A program made the position numbers and the translations under genes. From positions 43,482,001 to 43,544,000 of the forward strand of contig OX597822.1 in assembly GCA_951406725.2 (NCBI GenBank): a stretch of DNA of 62,000 nucleotides, read 5' to 3'. The number at the start of each line of letters is the position of its first letter. The stretch's first letter is position 1. Below are positions 55,369-62,000 of the stretch, piece by piece. The notes under the pieces are model-generated. The model was given only the letters and a program-made list of their open reading frames with translations. It was not told the DNA's origin and searched no databases. Source of the stretch: Octopus vulgaris. Taxonomy: Eukaryota.

Positions 55369-56446
55369 ATATGTATGTACGTATGTATGTATATATATAT
55401 ATACGTGTGTGTGTGTATGCAGAGGGAGGGAGGGAGGGAGAGAGAGAGAAAATGAAAGAGATAGACAGACAGAAACAGAGAGAGGGGTCCCAAAGCACAT
55501 GTACCCCATGTTTATTAAAGTATATTTCATTTTTCAAAGAAGAAGTTGATTTTAACTCTTCTATGGACGTCTGTTTTCAAACATATGACGGTTCTCGTCC
55601 AGGAACTGGTGATGATGAATGCGAAGCAATGGAATCGGATAGACTGTTCTTGGAATGTAACTATTCCAATAACTGGGATTCAAAATGAGATAGGTGCTCG
55701 GTATTGAAATTCCGATCTCACGATACGCTTGCTGCACAGATTTTCCTTAAATTTGACCATACGTTTCCAGTACCTTTTCTTGTTTGTGTGGCACGTAAAT
55801 GTCTGCAATCATCCGGAACGATTCTCGTAGATATTCCAGAAATTTCCATCTGCTTCAAACTTACCTCTAATTCCAGTGATGATAAGTCGTGTAGCTGTAT
55901 CTGTCTGGAACTACCTCCTAAACTGTCTTCGAAATTCAACTGCATTTTAAAACTTCCAATAGTTTTTAGTCTAATTTTTTTGATCAAAGCTTAGTCTGGC
56001 AGTCTTCGTGATTTCTAATAGATTAAATTTCAAACCAAGAAAAAAAAAGAAAATGATTTATCAGCTTTTAGGGAAGTATGTGTCCATCTTTTTGGAGCAA
56101 CCTCTACATACATACATACATACATACATACATACATACATACATACATACATACATACATACATACATACATACATACATACATACATACATACATACA
56201 TACATACATACATACATACATACGTATCATCAGTAACATATTTTGTCACAATTATCTTACCTGAAAGGCATGATATGTCAGGCAGTGACCTTTTCTATTG
56301 CTGTTTAGTTCCAAGTTTGTTTCACTGTAGAAAGATGCTGACTAGACGAATAATATTTTGCCAGAGAATATTGGGAGAGTCTTCGGCTTACGTCGCAGAT
56401 AATCTTTTTAGTATTGAAGTTGGGTGCTTAAAATCGTTTGTATATA

Positions 56447-56600
56447 CTGGGTGTTCAAAAATTCACTCCGCAGTGAATTTTCTTCATCCTGCTCAAATAT
56501 TGCCTATCTATTTGTAGGTGAACTCACTTAAAGTGAAATTAACAATGCATACTTTCAGCAAGATGGAACTACAGCACATACTTCGCGCATCTAATATATT
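56447..56600 (+). mobile_element. Tc1/mariner relic
   Basis: TIR-like TACTGGGTGTTCAAAAA and the peptide YFQQDGTTAHTSR (second-Asp motif). Confidence 0.5.
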
Positions 56601-57426
56601 CTTTTGTAGTCTTATATCATCTTATAAATATTTATTTTGCAAGAAAATACTGCAGAGAAACTTTTTGAACACTCTGTATAACTGTAATTCGTTCGCGTTT
56701 CCACAACTACACCGTGCCTTTGTTATCATACACTCCTCCACGAAGTGCATTTTCCATGACATCGCTTAATGCCTAACAAATTACTTGTTTTACCAAAAGA
56801 TTTCCTAGAATGTGTAGGACTATCTCGAGTATATATCATCGTTCACAAAAGAAAATAAATCTTTTGGCAAGACTAGCTTTTATATTAGACAGTTTCCCAC
56901 AGACAGGTGAGAATCTGCCTACTTGAGTTGAACGCCTATAGAGTATATTCTTTATGTCGTTGAATGAATCAACTGCTATTCTATTGTATAAAACTTGTCG
57001 TTTGTGTAATTTTGATGTTGTTATATTCGATGATTTTCATGTAATTAATTCGTCTTTTGCTGGTTGATCAGTTTCCACTTTGGCTCAGCAAAGTGTTTTT
57101 TTTGCTGCCGTTCTATAGACTGAATGGTTGCTGCCACGCAAGACACCATGATCTCTTGTTTCTGCGGTAAAATATAACGAAAATCATACTTATGATACTG
57201 CGAAAAATCGTCAAATATGAAATCATTTATATAGATAGACACGTATATGTATGTACATAGGTACATAGTACGTACGTACGTATGTATGTGTGTATGTATG
57301 TATGTATGTATGTATGTATGTATGTATGTATGTATGTATGTATGTATGTATGTATGTATGTATGTATGTATGTATGTATGTATGAATGTATGTATGTATG
57401 TATGCATGTATGTTTATATATATCTG

Positions 57427-57465
<39 letters not shown>

Positions 57466-57470
57466 ATATA

Positions 57471-58116
57471 AACTTTGATAAACTAAGATATGTTTCGATC
57501 AAAGATTGATCCAGGCCATGTCTAACTTAATAGCACCACCTGATAGGATTATTCGAATTCTGTTTAAGTCAAGTTTTGTTCAAGTAGTGAGTTCTTGTTG
57601 GGTGAGTTGTATCAAGTTTTGTTCAAGTAGTGAGTTCTTGTTGGGTGAGTTGTATCACGTTTTGTTCAAGTAGTGAGTTCTTGTTGGGTGAATTGTATCC
57701 AATTATGGGTGGCTTATCTGGTATACTTTGAAGGAATCTATCCAGACTCCGTTTAAAGTTGATGGGATCCTTTTTCTCTTTGATCTCCCTCGGGACAATG
57801 TTAAATAGGGCAGGGCCTGTCGAGGAAAAGAAATTATGTTGCAGTGTACATGTATGTTATGATCTTGAATTGGGCAGGGGACGTATGGCCCGTGGTCCCA
57901 GTCTTGGATGAATATTGAAGCTAATGTTAAGGTCGTTTGGGCAAAGTTGGCGGTATATTCTCCACATCGTACAAATGATGTACCGCTCACGGCGAGGCTG
58001 GAGGGAGTAAAGTTTCAAGGCTTTAAGGCGATCCCAATAAGGGAGAGCAGCCATGCCTTCAATTCGTTTAGTGAGTGCCCTCTGGGGTGACTCAATTCTG
58101 GAGATGTTTTGTCTTG
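57471..58116 (-). mobile_element. 5'-truncated CR1-group LINE (related to 1031-1760) with a 3x43-bp internal repeat
   Basis: IESPQRALTKRIEGMAALPYWDRLKALKLYSLQPRRERYIICTMW...HPRLGPRAIRP. Shares the 3' UTR motif CAGGTGGTGCTA(T)TAAGTTAGACATGGCCTG. Confidence 0.85.
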
Positions 58117-58135
58117 TATATATATATATATATAT

Positions 58136-58720
58136 AAATAGATCCGCTATGGTATAGCCACTAAAAATTGTTTCCAAGGAGAAATAACACAACATTTAAC
58201 GAACGGCAAGTGAAAAATAACGAAAAAATAGATTAACTCTGGACAATTGTTTCATTATTAATGTAGTATGCAATTTTACTTACATAACATCTATAATTCA
58301 TCAGCAGAAGTTTGTCTAAAATACAATTTATTAAATCGCACGTTAAAATTTGACGCAGCGTCAAACACACGTGCGGTTCAATCGATTGTATTAGCAGCTA
58401 TGATTCAAATTTCCCCGCCAAAAGTATGATAAGACTTCTGGAAACGAATACTGCATAAAATATTTACTGCAGTATAATTAAATTTACAAATGAGGGTGAA
58501 AAATTTGATATTAATTGTGTTATTTCTCCTTGGGAACAATTTTTAGTGGCTATACCGTAGCGGATCTATTTTTAGCACTAGAGTCGACCACATAGTGGTT
58601 ACTCTCTCATATTTATGTATAAATTTGTATTGTATCCCTGGCTTTTATGTGCTAAGCCACTTGGTGTTAAATTGATGGTATTATTAAATTAATATCAAAT
58701 TTTTCACCCTCATTTGTAAA
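58136..58720. repeat. Interleaved inverted repeats A..B-A'..B'
   Basis: A 58136-58192 pairs with A' 58515-58571 (57 bp, 2 mismatches). B 58483-58516 pairs with B' 58687-58720 (34 bp). Confidence 0.8.
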
Positions 58721-58768
<48 letters not shown>

Positions 58769-58846
58769 TCATAATATACAGACAGCATATATATATACAG
58801 AAATTTTGTATATGTATTAGATTGTGTATGTCTGACTTCGTGTGTA

Positions 58847-58914
<68 letters not shown>

Positions 58915-59080
58915 CATACATACATAATTTGAGACTACAAGACACCGTAGAAGATTTATAATAGAATTTTAAACAATAGCGCGCAATGGAATTCTTAGAC
59001 TTACTGTTATAATACCTAAAGTTATAATGACCTCACTTTGTATTACTGCTCTTCCTGCACCTAATACTGTAGTTATAAAA

Positions 59081-59130
<50 letters not shown>

Positions 59131-59620
59131 CGTTATATATTAAGACGGGAGGCTCTACTATTATTCACAAAGACAGAGAAATGAAGTCTCTGAAGACCCT
59201 CATTGTAGAATTACAATATAATTTACTTCATATTAAAAATATTTATATTATCGTTATTTCAAAATTATACTACGGTTATGTTCGATTATAACAACATACA
59301 AGTGTGTTTTAATGGCTAAAGTGATTCTACCGCGTTGTGACTGATTTAGTCACGAAAGGTTATCTGTTGGCCGAGGTGTGGCTATGGGGTGAGAGGGCTG
59401 CTCCGCAACCACATGGTTCTGGGTTTCGATCCACTGCGCGGCACGTTTGGCAATTGTCTTCTACTAAAGTAACGGGCTGACCGAAGTCTTGGGAGTAGAT
59501 TCGGTAGGCGGAAACTGAATGAAGATCATCGTATACATCAATCCATCCATCCATCCATCCATCCATCCATCCATCCATCCATCCATCCATACATACATAC
59601 ATACATACATACACACACAA

Positions 59621-59656
<36 letters not shown>

Positions 59657-59661
59657 AAAAA

Positions 59662-60503
59662 ATTAATAAAAAGAATTCCAACCTTGTCTGATTTTCACGT
59701 TTTATTTACAATCTTATAATGATATATTATAAGATAATATATTATAATTGTCAGCCCAAGTGAAATCGAGAGGAAAATCAGAGAAAAGAATTTTATTGAT
59801 AAATTCGAACCCAAGCTAAATAAGCAATAATAATAATACTTAGAGGTATTACTTCCACTGCTACGACCATGACCACTAACAACAACAACAATACTAAAGG
59901 TGATCAAGACAAAGATAGCAGGAAAATTATCTTATTTAGGGTTAAAAGTTCTATTGCCACCACCATCACCACTAGCAACAATAATTAAGGTGCTGACAAT
60001 GATGATGATGACAATTGAAATATAAAAATATAAAAATCTCTGACAAAGGATATTTACAACATTTCTAAAAATAACCCAACAATTGCTGCTTCGGCCAGGG
60101 TCAAGATACAGGACTCTTGACCTGTCCAACAAAGCGTGATGCCTAAACCAATCAGCTCAACCAACCAATCAGCTTAAGTAATTGAGTGATACTACACACT
60201 GATTGGTCAGAATACAGTTTGCAAAACCTAGCACTCTGGAGCCTACCCAGCTGTATTTATAGCACAGAATCACTCATCTTGCTACAGTCAAAAATTGTGA
60301 AGCATGACTGTCAACACTACTACATGAACCCGAAGATTGCAGAATTCAATGCATGAAAGTACTAGTTCAATCAGAATGAATATTTAACATTCTACTATTT
60401 CATTTTATTTTATTCAATTATAATATATTATCTTATAATATATCATTATAAGATTGTAAATAAAACGTGAAAATCAGACAAGGTTGGAATTCTTTTTATT
60501 AAT
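59662..60503 (+). mobile_element. Truncated Penelope-like element bounded by perfect 89-bp inverted repeats
   Basis: 59662-59750 is the exact reverse complement of 60415-60503. The interior starts with the GIY-YIG C-terminal peptide PSEIERKIREKNFIDKFEPKLNKQ*. Confidence 0.7.
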
Positions 60504-60907
60504 ATATATATATATATATATATATAAAGAAAAAATAAAACAAAAAAACGCAATAGAAGACAATAAAACATTCGGACAGATAGACGATACAAAGGCGGAC
60601 AGGAGAAACAACAATTTGAAGGACAGGAAAAAAAAAAGGTGGGTCATTCGTGGCCTTCTTTCATCAGTCAAGTATACCAAAAGTCCTTACTGTTCCGGAC
60701 AGTTATGCTCGAGACAGTTCATTCTGGTTGCTCCCCCACCCCCAAAGTCAAATCTAGGAGCATTAGATTCTTTTGTAAGGAAGCTAGTGAATGTGTACTG
60801 CAACAAAAGCAAAAAAACGGAGTACATGGTACACAAATCCAAATGAAAACAAGAATATAACAGCAGGTGTCTTTTGACTAATAACAAAATATACATACAT
60901 ACATACA

Positions 60908-60984
<77 letters not shown>

Positions 60985-60989
60985 GTCTG

Positions 60990-61165
<176 letters not shown>

Positions 61166-61244
61166 CATACACACATATAACCATGTATATTCATATATCA
61201 ATAAACACGATTATATATGCTTATAAACAAAAGCAGATTCTTTT

Positions 61245-61438
61245 TTATTCTTTTTTCTTTTATTTATTTCAGTTATTTGGCTACGCCCATGCTGTAGCAC
61301 CACGTTGTAGTCGAACAAATCAACCCCAGAACTTATTGTTTGTAAGCCTATCGGTCTCTTTGCCGAACCACCGCTAAGTTAAGGGAACTTAAACACGCCA
61401 GCATCGGTTGTCAAGCGACGGTGGAAGGACAAAGACAG

Positions 61439-61512
<74 letters not shown>

Positions 61513-61660
61513 GACGGGCTTCTTTCAGTTTCCGACTACCAAATCCACTCACAATGGTTTGGTCTACTCGAGACTATACGAGAAGACACATGCCCAAGGT
61601 GGCACGCAGTTGGAGTGAACTATGAGGTTGGTAAGCAAGCCACTTACCACACAGCCACAC
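61245..61660 (-). mobile_element. SINE family A, full length
   Basis: Reverse complement of the family A head, body, microsatellite and tail. Confidence 0.8.
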
Positions 61661-61843
61661 TTATACGTTGTTATAATCGAACATAACCGCAGCATAATTT
61701 TGATATAAATACGTAAAGATATACATGTGTATCTGTTACTCTCTTTTAAAAAAATTTTTTTTTTACTTGTTTCAGTCATTTGACTGAGGCCATGCTGGAG
61801 CACCGCCTTTAGTCGAGCAAATCGACCCCGAGACTTATTCCTT

Positions 61844-62000
61844 GATTGTGATGTTGAACTTATAAATGGTCTATGACTATTTAATTTTTTCCCACTAGGC
61901 CGCTGGTGGCAAATAAATTCTACGAAATTTTTTGCCACCCTATATTGATTAATTATGAATTTTCTGGTTAATTCCGTAATGGAATCGACGGCTTATATTT
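61844..62000 (+). mobile_element. Third, diverged copy of the 491-bp retrozyme-like unit spanning the monomer junction; runs off the window end
   Basis: Reverse complement of about 19455-19615 with scattered differences. Reads ...GCCACCCTATATTGATTAA|TTATGAATTTTCTGG... across the unit boundary. Its left end is fused to a SINE A tail. Confidence 0.85.

Noticed and set aside
57571-57699. CRISPR-like 43-bp repeats (also the 25-bp repeats at 43283-43357)
   Set aside because: The units are directly adjacent with no unique spacers.

Overview
AT-rich, gene-poor, microsatellite-saturated animal genomic DNA. The SINE and Penelope repeat families look like those of Octopus or another coleoid cephalopod; this is inference from recalled repeat motifs, not from a search. 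No intact host gene is supportable, and nearly all listed ORFs are translations of (TA)n, (CA)n, (TAYR)n or (AAT)n tracts. The window is a patchwork of tRNA-derived SINEs (3 families), decayed LINEs (CR1-like x2, RTE-like, R4/Dong-like x3, L1/Tx1-like), Penelope-like elements (one near-complete RT plus GIY-YIG copy and many termini), non-autonomous Helitrons, Tc1/mariner relics and several long fold-backs. Main discovery: an exact head-to-tail dimer of a ~491-bp non-coding unit (19009-19992). Each unit carries a complete, canonical type I hammerhead ribozyme on the minus strand. A third, diverged copy at the window end reads straight through the unit-unit junction. This is the architecture of a non-LTR retrozyme, a self-cleaving, circRNA-forming mobile RNA. 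About ten further hammerhead-like motifs, including recurrent core variants, sit in Penelope-type termini, several as inverted pairs in fold-backs.
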